From Candidatus Falkowbacteria bacterium (GTDB lineage Bacteria; Patescibacteriota; Patescibacteriia; JAACEG01), in the NCBI GenBank assembly GCA_018651725.1, contig JABIDK010000006.1:48482-112481 (forward strand): a stretch of DNA of 64,000 nt. The letters run 5' to 3'. The notes below the pieces were generated by a model. The model made no database searches. It saw only the letters and a program-made list of their open reading frames with translations, and was not told the DNA's origin. Positions 27,921-37,880 of the stretch are shown here, piece by piece; positions within the stretch are counted from its first letter, which is position 1; every line of letters starts with the position of its first letter. The translations under genes were made by a program, and so were the position numbers.

Positions 27921-28678
27921 TCAATAAGCACTGTTACTATATTGTTATTTTCCAGCGGGATAAGAGGTGTGATGTCGGCTTTTTGAAAAATATCGTTATC
28001 GTTTTTGTGAATTTTTGAAACACTACCGATAACTAAACCTCTTGGGATACATTCCTCTGTTCCGGAGGTAATAACTATACCCCCTTCTTTAATATTTTTG
28101 TCTATTGGAATAAGCTCCATTGTTGTAGATAAATTATAGTTACCTTTTACAATCCCACTTATTTTTTCTTCATCTTTCTGGATGGCCCCGGAGATCTCGC
28201 TTCTATTGTTGGTTATCAATACAAACTGTGAAAAATCACCTTTAACATTTATTAATCTTCCAATTAAAATTCCGTTGCTTACTATTACAGGCATTCCTTT
28301 TTTTAGCCCATTATTTGACCCTTGATTTATTATAAAAACAGAAGAATCAATCGGGTCTTTAGCTAAAACATAAGCGGTTAAGAATTTTTTCTTGTCTTCA
28401 TTTAAATAACCGTTCTCTGACAAAAAATTTGAAGTGGATTTTAATTGCTTGTTTTCTTCTAGTAAAATTTTGTTTTTTTCATTTTGGATAATTTCATAAA
28501 TTTCTTTTGTTTTTTCTATATCACAAGATGATTTATTGTCAAATAATTTTGTAAAACTAAAAAAATTAATAAATTTACCTTTTATAATTTTATTTTTATC
28601 AATAGCAAATAAAAAAACAAGCAGTAAAATAACTGCCAAGATAACTAAAATTTTATTTTTATTACTTTTCATTCTCAT
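27914..28678 (-). CDS. mreC: Rod shape-determining protein MreC
   Basis: N-terminal TM and coiled-coil, then a beta-rich domain. It sits immediately downstream of mreB. Confidence 0.6.
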   Translation of the reverse strand: MRMKSNKNKILVILAVILLLVFLFAIDKNKIIKGKFINFFSFTKLFDNKSSCDIEKTKEIYEIIQNEKNKILLEENKQLKSTSNFLSENGYLNEDKKKFLTAYVLAKDPIDSSVFIINQGSNNGLKKGMPVIVSNGILIGRLINVKGDFSQFVLITNNRSEISGAIQKDEEKISGIVKGNYNLSTTMELIPIDKNIKEGGIVITSGTEECIPRGLVIGSVSKIHKNDNDIFQKADITPLIPLENNNIVTVLIEC

Positions 28679-28694
28679 AAAAAGCTAACTAGGG

Positions 28695-29747
28695 CTATTT
28701 TATAATTGGTCCATTGTCAATAAGGGCAGTAACTCTGTCTAGCATGTTTTTATCTTCATGAAGAGCGCTCAGACCTCTGATAATGCAAGTTAAAGGATCG
28801 TCGGCAACGGTTACCGGGATTTTTATTTCACTTTCAATAAGCTTATCCATTCCTTTTAAAAGCGCTCCGCCTCCGGAGAGAATAATTCCTTTTTGATAGA
28901 TGTCGGCCACTAATTCCGGCGGAGTTGTTTCCAGGGTTGATTTTATATCGTCGACTATAAGACTTAATGATTTTTCCAAAGATTTTCTAATTTGAGTATC
29001 GTTTAAAGTTATCTCCTTAGGAAGCCCGGTGATAAGATCTCTGCCCCGGACAGTCATTTTTAAGTCTTTTTCCTGTGGTACGGCAGAGCCGATTTTTATC
29101 TTTACCTCTTCAGCAATTGTTTCTCCCAGGAGAACATTGAACTCTTCCTTAACTGTTTGAATAATGTTTTGGTTTAATTTATCCCCGGCGATTTCCAGTC
29201 TTCGCCAATTTACTATCCCTTCAAGAGAAATAACAGCGATCTCTGTAGCTCCTCCGCCAAAGTCAACTATCAAGTTCCCGCTTGGCTCGTTTATCATTAT
29301 CTGTGCCCCTAAAGCAGCTGCAATCGGTTGCTCAACCAGAAAAACCTCTTTGGCTCCGGCAGAAAAAACTGCGTCTTCCACGGCTTTTCTTTCTACCCCG
29401 GTAATTCCAATTGGAACCCCGATTATAACTCTTGGTCGATACGCCGATAAAATTCGGTCGCTATGGAGCTTGTCCAGAAAAAACTTTAACATTTTTTCAG
29501 TTGCTTCAAAGTCAGATATAATTCCACACTCCAGAGGCTTGGAAACAGAAATATGAGGAGGAGTGCGACCAAGCATTTTTTTGGCTTCATCACCGATAGC
29601 CAAAATTTCATCGGTCTTATTGTTAATCGCCACAATCGAAGGCTCGTTAACAATTATCCCTTTATCAGAAACACTAACCAAAACATTAGAGGTACCAAGG
29701 TCAATGCTAACATTAGGAGAAAATTTATTTTTAAAGTTGTTGAACAT
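28695..29747 (-). CDS. mreB: Rod shape-determining protein MreB (actin homologue)
   Basis: 'IDLGTSNVLV' and 'VVDFGGGATEIAV' are actin-fold phosphate motifs. Confidence 0.9.
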   Translation of the reverse strand: MFNNFKNKFSPNVSIDLGTSNVLVSVSDKGIIVNEPSIVAINNKTDEILAIGDEAKKMLGRTPPHISVSKPLECGIISDFEATEKMLKFFLDKLHSDRILSAYRPRVIIGVPIGITGVERKAVEDAVFSAGAKEVFLVEQPIAAALGAQIMINEPSGNLIVDFGGGATEIAVISLEGIVNWRRLEIAGDKLNQNIIQTVKEEFNVLLGETIAEEVKIKIGSAVPQEKDLKMTVRGRDLITGLPKEITLNDTQIRKSLEKSLSLIVDDIKSTLETTPPELVADIYQKGIILSGGGALLKGMDKLIESEIKIPVTVADDPLTCIIRGLSALHEDKNMLDRVTALIDNGPIIK

Positions 29748-29757
29748 AGTTATATTT

Positions 29758-31035
29758 TTACCCTAATTTTTTTATTACTTTCCTAACATCTATTATTTCA
29801 CTTTTTTCTTTATCTCGTTTTTTTAGCTCTACGCCGCCGGATTTTAAAGATCTTTCTGAAATAACTATTCTATAAGGAATTCCGATTAAATCGCTGTCAG
29901 CGAATTTTGCTCCGGGAGCGATGTCGCGATCGTCGTATAAAACTTCAATTCCTTGTTTCTGTAGATCATTGTATATTTTTTCCGCTTTTTTATTTTGGTT
30001 AAGACTTATCAAATGGACTTTGAATGGCGCCACGCTTTCCGGCCAGATAAGACCGTTTTTGTCGTTGTAAATTTCTGCAACTACGGCCATTACTCTTGGC
30101 ACACCAATGCCGTATGAACCCATAAAAATAGATTTTTCTTTTCCGTCTTTGTCAGCATAAGTCAAGCCTAGTGCTTTTGAATATTTATCTCCCAAATTAT
30201 AGATATCCCCTACTTCAGCTGATTTTTTTTCTATAAAGTTATAATCTTTTTTGTTAATATTGAAATCTTTAAAAACCTCGTCGTTAAAGTCATCTTTATT
30301 TATGGCAATATTTTTCTTTTTGTCAAAAACCAAGATATCTTCCCCGGCCTCGCAAAGTGTTTGGAATTCAAAAGAATATTTGGAAAAAGTTCCGCCGTTT
30401 GAGATTGTCAGATAAGTTTTATCGCCAATGCCGATTCTATTAAAAATTTTCTTGTAAACCCCCTTCATTTTTTCATAAAATTCTTCGTGCTTTTCTTTAG
30501 TCAATGAAAAATCATAAAGGTCCTTCATAATAAACTCTCTCCCGCGCAGTAAACCTGATTTTGCTCTTAGCTCATTTCTGAATTTTGTTTGAAATTGGTA
30601 GGTATAAATTGGCAGATCTTTGTAAGAAGAAACAAAATTTTTCATTATATTTGTTAATGCCTCTTCGTGTGTAAAGGCTAAACCAAGCTCTGTTCCATTT
30701 TTAAGCTTGGTTTTAAACCAATCATCAACAACTTTATCGTCCCATCTCCCTGTTTTCTCCCAATTTTCTTTTTGTTGCAAACTTGTTAGCTTCATCTCTA
30801 GTGCTCCAACAGCATTTAGTTCTTCTCTGATAATTTGTTTAATTTTTTCAATAACCCTTAAACCAAGCGGTAAAAAGGTATAAACCCCGGCCATTTCTTT
30901 ATATACAAAACCGCCCCTGGTTAAAAGTTTGGCGTTCAAACTTGTTTCATCTTTAGGGTCTTCTTTAATGGTTTTTGTAAAAAGTTGAGATTGTTTCATA
31001 TAAATTAGTTTAGTTAATTTAAGAGCAAAAGTCAA
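29758..31035 (-). CDS. proS: Prolyl-tRNA synthetase, short form lacking INS editing domain
   Basis: 'SQLFTKTIKEDPKDETSLNAKLLTRGGFV' is the ProRS N-terminus. There is a class II core and a C-terminal anticodon-binding domain. Length is 425 aa. Confidence 0.8.
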   Translation of the reverse strand: MTFALKLTKLIYMKQSQLFTKTIKEDPKDETSLNAKLLTRGGFVYKEMAGVYTFLPLGLRVIEKIKQIIREELNAVGALEMKLTSLQQKENWEKTGRWDDKVVDDWFKTKLKNGTELGLAFTHEEALTNIMKNFVSSYKDLPIYTYQFQTKFRNELRAKSGLLRGREFIMKDLYDFSLTKEKHEEFYEKMKGVYKKIFNRIGIGDKTYLTISNGGTFSKYSFEFQTLCEAGEDILVFDKKKNIAINKDDFNDEVFKDFNINKKDYNFIEKKSAEVGDIYNLGDKYSKALGLTYADKDGKEKSIFMGSYGIGVPRVMAVVAEIYNDKNGLIWPESVAPFKVHLISLNQNKKAEKIYNDLQKQGIEVLYDDRDIAPGAKFADSDLIGIPYRIVISERSLKSGGVELKKRDKEKSEIIDVRKVIKKLG

Positions 31036-31053
31036 TTGTTTTAGTATAGCTTA

Positions 31054-32127
31054 TTATGCAATAAATCTACTTATTTCTTTTTTAAAAATTTCTACTTTAA
31101 ATTTTTCTGCGTGTTGCTTCATTTTTTCTTGATTATATTTTATTGGATCAAAGTTTTTGATTTTTTCTGTTAACTCTTCTGCTGTTTGGATGTCGAAAAA
31201 TTCCCCGCCAACCCCTTCCGGGAGCGTTTCAATGGCCCCTCCGGCGCGGTAAGCTATTATTGGCGTTCCGGAAGCTAAAGACTCAACTAAAGTGATGCCA
31301 AAGTCTTCTTTTTGTGGATAAATATAAGCTAGAGCCTTAGAATAAAGCCTTGGTTTTTCTTTTTCGTTGACAAAACCAAGAAACTCAATATTTTTATTAG
31401 CTAGACTTTTAAGCTTTTTAAGATCTGGCCCTGTTCCAAAAATTTTAAGTGGCAATTTAGTTTTATTAAAAGATTCGATTATTAAATCAAATTTTTTATA
31501 AGAAACCAATCGCCCTCCTGCTAAAAAATAATTTTCTTTATTTTTGGATGTGTAGAACTTATGTGTTTCAACAGGTGGGTAAACAATAAGACTATCTCGA
31601 TTGTAGTATTTTTTTATTCTTTTTTGTACATTTTTAGAGTTGGCAATAAATTCATCTACTCGATCATTTGACTTTTTATCCCAAGATTTTAGTCTTGGTA
31701 AGACAAAAGAAATTAGTTTTTTAATAAATTTATTGTAATTCAGACCGTTAATATAACCTTCACTATCTATCCAAAGATAACGCGCCGGAGTATGGCAGTA
31801 ACAGATATGTTTTGTTTCTTTGGGAGTAATAATTCCTTTGGCAAAAGCGCTGGCGGAAGATATCACAAGATCAAAACCATCTAACTTATATTTTTCCGTA
31901 GCCATTGGCATTAGCGGTAAAAACCATTCGTATTTTTCTTCGGCTAAGGGAATTTTTTGTAAAAAAGAGGTATTTATTCTGTTTTTCGGGAAAATCTTAC
32001 CCATCTTTGCTTCGTCATAAACCAAAGTAAAAATAGGCGCCTCCGGGAACATTTCTGTCAGCGCCTTAAAAACTTTTTCCGCTCCCCCATACTGGGTAAG
32101 CATGTCATGAACCAAAGCGATTTTCAT
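31054..32127 (-). CDS. Glycosyltransferase, GT4 family
   Basis: 'ITLVESLASGTPIIAYRAGGAIETL' is a GT4 C-terminal motif. Confidence 0.75.
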   Translation of the reverse strand: MKIALVHDMLTQYGGAEKVFKALTEMFPEAPIFTLVYDEAKMGKIFPKNRINTSFLQKIPLAEEKYEWFLPLMPMATEKYKLDGFDLVISSASAFAKGIITPKETKHICYCHTPARYLWIDSEGYINGLNYNKFIKKLISFVLPRLKSWDKKSNDRVDEFIANSKNVQKRIKKYYNRDSLIVYPPVETHKFYTSKNKENYFLAGGRLVSYKKFDLIIESFNKTKLPLKIFGTGPDLKKLKSLANKNIEFLGFVNEKEKPRLYSKALAYIYPQKEDFGITLVESLASGTPIIAYRAGGAIETLPEGVGGEFFDIQTAEELTEKIKNFDPIKYNQEKMKQHAEKFKVEIFKKEISRFIA

Positions 32128-32480
32128 ATATTAATCCATACTATTGCCAGACTGCTTAGTATCAGTATGATTTGAACAAATAAGGCGGTAATAAGCAAAG
32201 TGTAGGCAATGAATTTATCTTTAAAATAAAACAATAAAGACAACAAAAAATTAATAAGCAGAACTAAAAGCCCTACTCCGGCGATTGTAAAAAGTTTATG
32301 CCATTCTCCAATATAATCAATACCAAAGTAAATATTATAATGTAAAGGTATCAGCTCTGTAGTTTTTTTAATACGAAGTAAATTCAACCAAACAGCCAGA
32401 TTAATTAAAATGCTCCCAATTAAAATACTCGCGACTGTTTTATCTTTTAAAAAAAATTTTAAACTTTTCGTCGTCAGCAT
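32124..32480 (-). CDS. Small membrane protein, unknown
   Basis: Four hydrophobic helices. Overlaps the downstream GT4 start. Confidence 0.3.
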   Translation of the reverse strand: MLTTKSLKFFLKDKTVASILIGSILINLAVWLNLLRIKKTTELIPLHYNIYFGIDYIGEWHKLFTIAGVGLLVLLINFLLSLLFYFKDKFIAYTLLITALFVQIILILSSLAIVWINI

Positions 32481-32596
32481 GTTAAAATGTTTAAATGCTT
32501 AAATGTTAATATGTTTTTATGTTATCTGATTTTTCTTGTCTTGGCAAATTTTTAAATTAATAAATTATATGTTATAATATTTAAGCTTTTAAATTT

Positions 32597-34333
32597 ATGA
32601 AATTTACTAAAGAATTATTAAGAAAAATATTAATTCAAGAGAAGATTTTAATCGAAAAAAAGTTTGACGAGCTTTCTCTTGAAGCTAAAAAAAATGAAAA
32701 AGATTTGGTTGAATTTTTGATTGACAAAAAAATTATAACTGAAAGATCTTTGTATGAAGGCGTGGCAAAGTATTTTAAAATGCCGTTTATTACTTTAAAG
32801 GATCAAGCAATCCCCAAGGATGTATTGAATTTAATCCCAGAAACAGTGGCTCAAGCGCATAAAATTATTGCTTTTGAAAAAACAGACGAAGAGTGTCGGG
32901 TGGCTACTGATAATCCGCAGGACATTCAGATAATAGAGTTTATCAGAAAAAAAGCCGGTTGTAATATCAAAGTTTCCGTTACTACTCCGAAAAATATAAG
33001 AGGTGTAATCCAAAAGTACCATAAAGGATTAAAAACAGAGTTTGAAAAAATTGCTGAAATCTCCGCTGAAGAATATAGTAAAGGTACCGGCAAAAAAGAA
33101 GACTTAAAAGAGTTAGCCGAAGATTTGCCGATTGTGCGAATCGTGGATACTTTGCTTGAGTACGCTATTTTTGAAAAAGCCTCTGATCTTCATATCGAGC
33201 CAACTGAAAAAGAAATTACAGTTCGCTATCGCATCGACGGAGTAATGCATAAAGTAATGACCTTACCAAAAACCGCTCAACTTGGAATTGTGGCGCGTAT
33301 CAAAGTTTTGGCAAATTTAAAGCTTGATGAACATCGCCTACCTCAGGACGGGCGTTTTAAAATTAAAGCCAATGAGTATCAAGTTTCTTTTCGTGTCTCT
33401 ATAATCCCTGTTTTTGACGGGGAAAAAATCGTAATGCGTTTACTTGATGAAAAAGGGCAAATTTTAAATTTGGAAAAACTTGGTTTTCAAAAAGGACCTT
33501 TGAAAATTTTAAAAAGAAATTTTAGCAAGCCCCATGGAATGCTCTTGGTAACCGGTCCGACCGGATCTGGAAAAACCACTACTCTTTACTCTATTTTAAA
33601 TATTTTAAATAAATCATCGGTTAATATTTCAACCATTGAAGATCCGATTGAATACAGGATGCCGGGGATTAATCAAAGCCAAGCCAACCCAAAAATCGGC
33701 TTTAGTTTTGCTTTTGGCTTAAGAGCGTTTTTACGACAAGACCCGGATATTATTATGGTTGGAGAAATTCGCGACTCTGAAACCGCTGAAATCGCGGTTC
33801 ATGCCGCCATGACCGGACATCTTGTTTTGTCAACTTTGCACACTAACGACGCTGCCACAACTGTTCCAAGGTTATCTGATATGAATATTCCTTCGTTTTT
33901 AATTTCTACTACCACTAACTGCATTATTGCTCAAAGACTTGTGCGAAAAATTTGTCAGGACTGCGTGACAAGTTATAAACTTACCGCTGAGGCAATAGAC
34001 GATCTTTCAAAAAAACTTGATATTGATTCTATTCTAAATGTTTTGAAACAGGAAAAAGTGATTGAAAATAAAAATCTTAAAAATCTTTTGTTTTACAAAG
34101 GCAAGGGCTGTAAAAAATGCAACAATGAAGGGTATAAAGGGCGAATGGGTATTTATGAAATTCTGGAAATAACATCGGAGATAGCCGAGCTTATCAGCGA
34201 AAAAGCAGAGGCTGAAGAAATAAATAAAATGGCTAAAAAACAAGGGATGCTTTCCATAATTGAAGATGGGTTTATAAAAGCCAAAGCAGGGATGACTACG
34301 ATTGAGGAGGTCTTGAGAGTTACAAAAGAATAG
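32597..34333 (+). CDS. pilB: Type IV pilus assembly / type II secretion ATPase (PilB/GspE family)
   Basis: An N-terminal GSPII_E-N-like domain is present. Walker A is 'LVTGPTGSGKTTT'. Asp box, Walker B, His box and the tetra-Cys 'CQDC...CKKC' motif are present. Confidence 0.85.
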   Translation: MKFTKELLRKILIQEKILIEKKFDELSLEAKKNEKDLVEFLIDKKIITERSLYEGVAKYFKMPFITLKDQAIPKDVLNLIPETVAQAHKIIAFEKTDEECRVATDNPQDIQIIEFIRKKAGCNIKVSVTTPKNIRGVIQKYHKGLKTEFEKIAEISAEEYSKGTGKKEDLKELAEDLPIVRIVDTLLEYAIFEKASDLHIEPTEKEITVRYRIDGVMHKVMTLPKTAQLGIVARIKVLANLKLDEHRLPQDGRFKIKANEYQVSFRVSIIPVFDGEKIVMRLLDEKGQILNLEKLGFQKGPLKILKRNFSKPHGMLLVTGPTGSGKTTTLYSILNILNKSSVNISTIEDPIEYRMPGINQSQANPKIGFSFAFGLRAFLRQDPDIIMVGEIRDSETAEIAVHAAMTGHLVLSTLHTNDAATTVPRLSDMNIPSFLISTTTNCIIAQRLVRKICQDCVTSYKLTAEAIDDLSKKLDIDSILNVLKQEKVIENKNLKNLLFYKGKGCKKCNNEGYKGRMGIYEILEITSEIAELISEKAEAEEINKMAKKQGMLSIIEDGFIKAKAGMTTIEEVLRVTKE

Positions 34334-34337
34334 TTTT

Positions 34338-34601
34338 ATGAAGTTAGATTATTGGTTAATTTTAGGGCTTATTGCGCAGGGGATGTTTTTTATGAGGTTT
34401 TTGATCCAGTGGCTGGCCTCTGAGATTAAAAAGGAAAGTGTTATCCCGGTTTATTTTTGGTATTTTAGTATTGTTGGCGGAATAGGACTACTTGCCTACT
34501 CTATTCATATTAAAGACCCGGTTTTTATTCTTGGAAACTCAATTGGAATTTTTATCTATTCCCGGAATTTAATGTTAGTTTTTAAAAAGAGTAAAAAATA
34601 G
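34338..34601 (+). CDS. Lipid-A-disaccharide synthase N-terminal (LAB_N) domain-like small membrane protein
   Basis: 'RFLIQWLASEIKKESVIPVYFWYFSIVGG...DPVFILGN' matches the conserved LAB_N motif. Confidence 0.5.
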   Translation: MKLDYWLILGLIAQGMFFMRFLIQWLASEIKKESVIPVYFWYFSIVGGIGLLAYSIHIKDPVFILGNSIGIFIYSRNLMLVFKKSKK

Positions 34602-34684
34602 TTGTTTATTTTTTATTTTTATGATATATATACGGTATATATTGAATACAGAATTCAATATGCTACGTTTTAAATTCTAAATTT

Positions 34685-36037
34685 ATGTCTTATAAAAGAC
34701 TGAAAGCAATTTCGTTAAAATTAGACGAAAAAATTAAAAGAGAACTAATAAGAGGACAGGAACAGGTTGAAAAAAACTTGAACTTGAAAAATATATTTAC
34801 CTCTAGAATAAGGTTTACCAAAATTAAAATTATTTATTTTGGAGTTTTATCGTTTTTTGTTGACATCGCTTTAGCGATCTCCGAACAAATCATCGCCATC
34901 TTCGGCGACCCCGCCATCGCTTTCAACCTCCTCTACAACCAACACCAATCAGTCTCTTGCCCTGTCCCATATTCCCAATTCAAAAAAGCCCAAAGACACG
35001 CTAAAGTATTCTCCTATGCAGGATTAGCCACAATGGTATTAATGTTATCCTTCAGTACAATGATAACAAACTTCCTGATGGGCCCAACCGAAAAAATAGC
35101 TGCTGCCGGTTACAGTCTAGCCCAAAATACCTGGACCACCCTAAGCTCCGATATTGCCCACCACTCCAATGGAGACGGATCAGGTTGGATTAAATACTCT
35201 GCTAAAACCAATATGGAGGCTGGAGAAACATTAACTGTAGAATACCCGACCGATGACTGGACAGAAACCACGGATGCAGATTTTAATTCTTATACCAGTA
35301 AAGACGCTAGTTTATCGGTTACCTCGAATAGTATAAAATTATTAAAACCAAATGATGCAGGTTGCTCAGCAGATAATGAATGCTTAAGTGGAGTGTGTTC
35401 TTGTGGAACTGACTGTCAGGATTCAACGAAAAAAGCAGACGGTGAAGCATGTAGCTCTGCTAGCGAATGTTGCAGTGGCGTATGTGATGGGGGAACCTGT
35501 GGGGTCAAGCTAGTTCTTTATTATTCAAACTCAACCTACGATGGAAATTTAGGCGGACGGAGTGGGGCCGATACTAAATGTCGAGCAGGTGGTTATCCTT
35601 CAGGATTTTCGACAAGCAACATTCGTGCTTTCTTGTCTACTTCCGCTTCAGATGAAATAAAGGATATACCTAATAAGTATGGCTTCCCCACTAACCGGAA
35701 ACCGTATGTATGGAAATCATCAAGCTATACGCAAATTGGTAATAACTGGGCTGATCTATTAGACGGTTTTCTTACCTTTGAATCCGGAATAAATAGTTCT
35801 CTAGTCTTGACTACCTGTTGGTGGTCAGGTTCAACTAATTCTGGCGCATGGTATTCAAGTGGTAATTTCAATCAATGTCAAGGCTGGACTGTTGATAGCC
35901 CTACCACCATTCATTCTCACGTAGGTCGAGATTTTGACAGTTATGGTGCATATTCCAACATAGAAAAAGATAATATTGCAGGCTGTGACACCTTTTGCCA
36001 CCGAAGTAATCGGTTGCTCTGTGTAGGGCACAGATAA
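34685..36037 (+). CDS. Cys-rich hypothetical protein (possibly pilus-associated), GC-richer than surroundings
   Basis: 450 aa. The C-terminal half has 'CSADNECLSGVCSCGTDCQD...CCSGVCDGGTCG' and a Gly/Ser-rich beta-like region. Confidence 0.4.
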   Translation: MSYKRLKAISLKLDEKIKRELIRGQEQVEKNLNLKNIFTSRIRFTKIKIIYFGVLSFFVDIALAISEQIIAIFGDPAIAFNLLYNQHQSVSCPVPYSQFKKAQRHAKVFSYAGLATMVLMLSFSTMITNFLMGPTEKIAAAGYSLAQNTWTTLSSDIAHHSNGDGSGWIKYSAKTNMEAGETLTVEYPTDDWTETTDADFNSYTSKDASLSVTSNSIKLLKPNDAGCSADNECLSGVCSCGTDCQDSTKKADGEACSSASECCSGVCDGGTCGVKLVLYYSNSTYDGNLGGRSGADTKCRAGGYPSGFSTSNIRAFLSTSASDEIKDIPNKYGFPTNRKPYVWKSSSYTQIGNNWADLLDGFLTFESGINSSLVLTTCWWSGSTNSGAWYSSGNFNQCQGWTVDSPTTIHSHVGRDFDSYGAYSNIEKDNIAGCDTFCHRSNRLLCVGHR

Positions 36038-36150
36038 TAGGAAAATAAAAACACTAGAAACTTATATTATTTTATAACTTCTTTTGCCTAAGGTTTAACC
36101 TTTAGGTCAAAATTATTGTTTTACTATTGAATTATTTTATAGTTTATGCT

Positions 36151-36190
36151 AAAAACTCTGTTTTAGTTATTAAAAACAGAGTTTTTTTGT
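36151..36190 (+). terminator. Rho-independent terminator
   Basis: 14-bp stem 'aaaaactctgtttt' pairs with 'aaaacagagttttt'. A T-run follows. Confidence 0.55.
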
Positions 36191-36301
36191 TTAAATTTTG
36201 ACTTTTATTTTTTTTGATTAATACTTTAACTACGATCTTTACATTTCAAGATAATCTAAATTGGTTAGATTATTAAAGCAAATTTCATGACAGGAGGTTT
36301 T

Positions 36302-36382
36302 ATGAAAAGGAAAATTGGTTTTGGAGTTGTTGTAGCAGTGGCTATGGTTTTTGTGTTTGGGATATTACAATATCTTTTTTGA
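36302..36382 (+). CDS. Putative 26-aa hydrophobic peptide
   Basis: GGAGG at 36293-36297 sits 4 nt upstream of the ATG. Translation is MKRKIGFGVVVAVAMVFVFGILQYLF. Confidence 0.25.
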   Translation: MKRKIGFGVVVAVAMVFVFGILQYLF

Positions 36383-36396
36383 ACGCTTGTCTATCA

Positions 36397-37143
36397 TTAA
36401 AATTCGTTAGAAATTAAGTCTTTAATCTCATTTTTTATCTTAATAAATTCACTGCTATTTTTTATAGAATTTTTCCGCGAATAAGAAAATGGAATTTTTA
36501 TTATTTTTTTAATCCTTGCCGGTCTTTCTGAAAAAACAATAATTTTATTTGATAGATAAATCGCTTCTTCTATGTCGTGAGTAATAATCAAAGCGGTTTT
36601 TTTTGTTTTTTGCCAGATGTTTAGTACTTCTTTGTGGATAGTTTCTCTGGTTTGGTAGTCAAGCGATCCGAAGGGTTCGTCCATTAAAATAAATTTAGGT
36701 TCGGCTGCTAGGGCTCTAGCCAAAGAGGCTCTTTTTTTCATACCACCGGAAAGTTGATGGGGGTAAGAATTAGCAAAGTCTTTAAGTCCCACCAACTCAA
36801 TATATTTATTAACAGTTTCTTGGTTTTTATTTACGCCGAACTTAACATTTTCATAAATATTCATCCAGTCAAATAAGTCTTCTTCTTGACTAATAACAAC
36901 CCGGTCTTTGCCGGGCTTTTTAATTGTTTTACTAGACAGAGTCGCCTCCCCCTTGGTTGGCTTTAAATAGCCGGCTAAAATATTTATTAAAGTGGTTTTC
37001 CCTGCTCCGGATGGACCAATAATAGAAACAAATTCTTGTTCCTCAATATCAAAACTAACATCCTCTAAAACCGGAATTTGTTTATTTTTTATTTGAAAAT
37101 TGTGAGAAATATTTCGGACTTTCAGCATATTTATATTTTCCAC
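36397..37143 (-). CDS. ABC transporter ATP-binding protein (NitT/TauT family)
   Basis: Walker A is 'GPSGAGKTT'. Signature is 'LSGGMKKR'. Walker B is 'ILMDEPFGSLD'. Confidence 0.85.
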   Translation of the reverse strand: MENINMLKVRNISHNFQIKNKQIPVLEDVSFDIEEQEFVSIIGPSGAGKTTLINILAGYLKPTKGEATLSSKTIKKPGKDRVVISQEEDLFDWMNIYENVKFGVNKNQETVNKYIELVGLKDFANSYPHQLSGGMKKRASLARALAAEPKFILMDEPFGSLDYQTRETIHKEVLNIWQKTKKTALIITHDIEEAIYLSNKIIVFSERPARIKKIIKIPFSYSRKNSIKNSSEFIKIKNEIKDLISNEF

Positions 37144-37880
37144 GGAATAAGCCTTTTTTCTAAAATAGAAATTATTTTATTTAGAAAATAACCAAGCATA
37201 CCGATTAAAATCATACCGATTATAATTTTTTCTGTTTGCAGTAAAAGTCTGTTTAGTTGGATAAAATAACCTAGCCCGGATTGAGCCCCGATTAATTCGG
37301 CTGCGATTACGCTCATCCAAGCCATGCCGATACCAATTCTCAGTCCGGTAAAAATGTAAGGCAGAGAAAAATAAAACAGTATTTTTTTAAAAAATATAAA
37401 TTTGGTTACTTCAAAAGAAAGAGCAACATTTTTGTAAACTCTAGGAAGAGACTTAACTCCGAAAAAAGTATTGGTAAAAATCGGAAAAAATGCTCCTAAA
37501 AAAACAATGAAATAAGCCGAGCCATTGCCCAGTCCAAAAATTAAAATAGCAATTGGTATCCAGGCTATCGGCGGAATAGGACGAAGTATTTCAACGATTG
37601 GATGAAAATAACTCCCTGCTTTTTTAAAGTAACCCAGTATTAAACCTAAAAAAACTCCGGTCACAGAAGCTAGTGTAAAACCAATCACTACTCTTTTTAA
37701 GCTTACAAAAATATGCTTAATTATTTCCCCTGATTCAAAGACTTTTATAAAAGTTAAGGCTGTATTTTTAGGAGAAGGCAAAATATAATTTTGAGGCCCT
37801 AAAATCAAAAAAACCCCTTGCCATAAAACAATCAAAGTAATAAATGTAATAAGTTTTTGTTTCATTTGTGGTTTTGTCAT
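37131..37880 (-). CDS. ABC transporter permease (NitT/TauT family)
   Basis: 6 TM with an EAA-like loop. It overlaps the ATPase start. The first codons overlap the repeat element, so the alternative Met at 37865 may be the true start. Confidence 0.75.
   Translation of the reverse strand: MTKPQMKQKLITFITLIVLWQGVFLILGPQNYILPSPKNTALTFIKVFESGEIIKHIFVSLKRVVIGFTLASVTGVFLGLILGYFKKAGSYFHPIVEILRPIPPIAWIPIAILIFGLGNGSAYFIVFLGAFFPIFTNTFFGVKSLPRVYKNVALSFEVTKFIFFKKILFYFSLPYIFTGLRIGIGMAWMSVIAAELIGAQSGLGYFIQLNRLLLQTEKIIIGMILIGMLGYFLNKIISILEKRLIPWKI

Noticed and set aside
36251-36273. The 8-bp perfect inverted repeat as a definite operator
   Set aside because: The region is extremely AT-rich, so chance palindromes of this size are expected. 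It is kept only as a minor note inside another finding.
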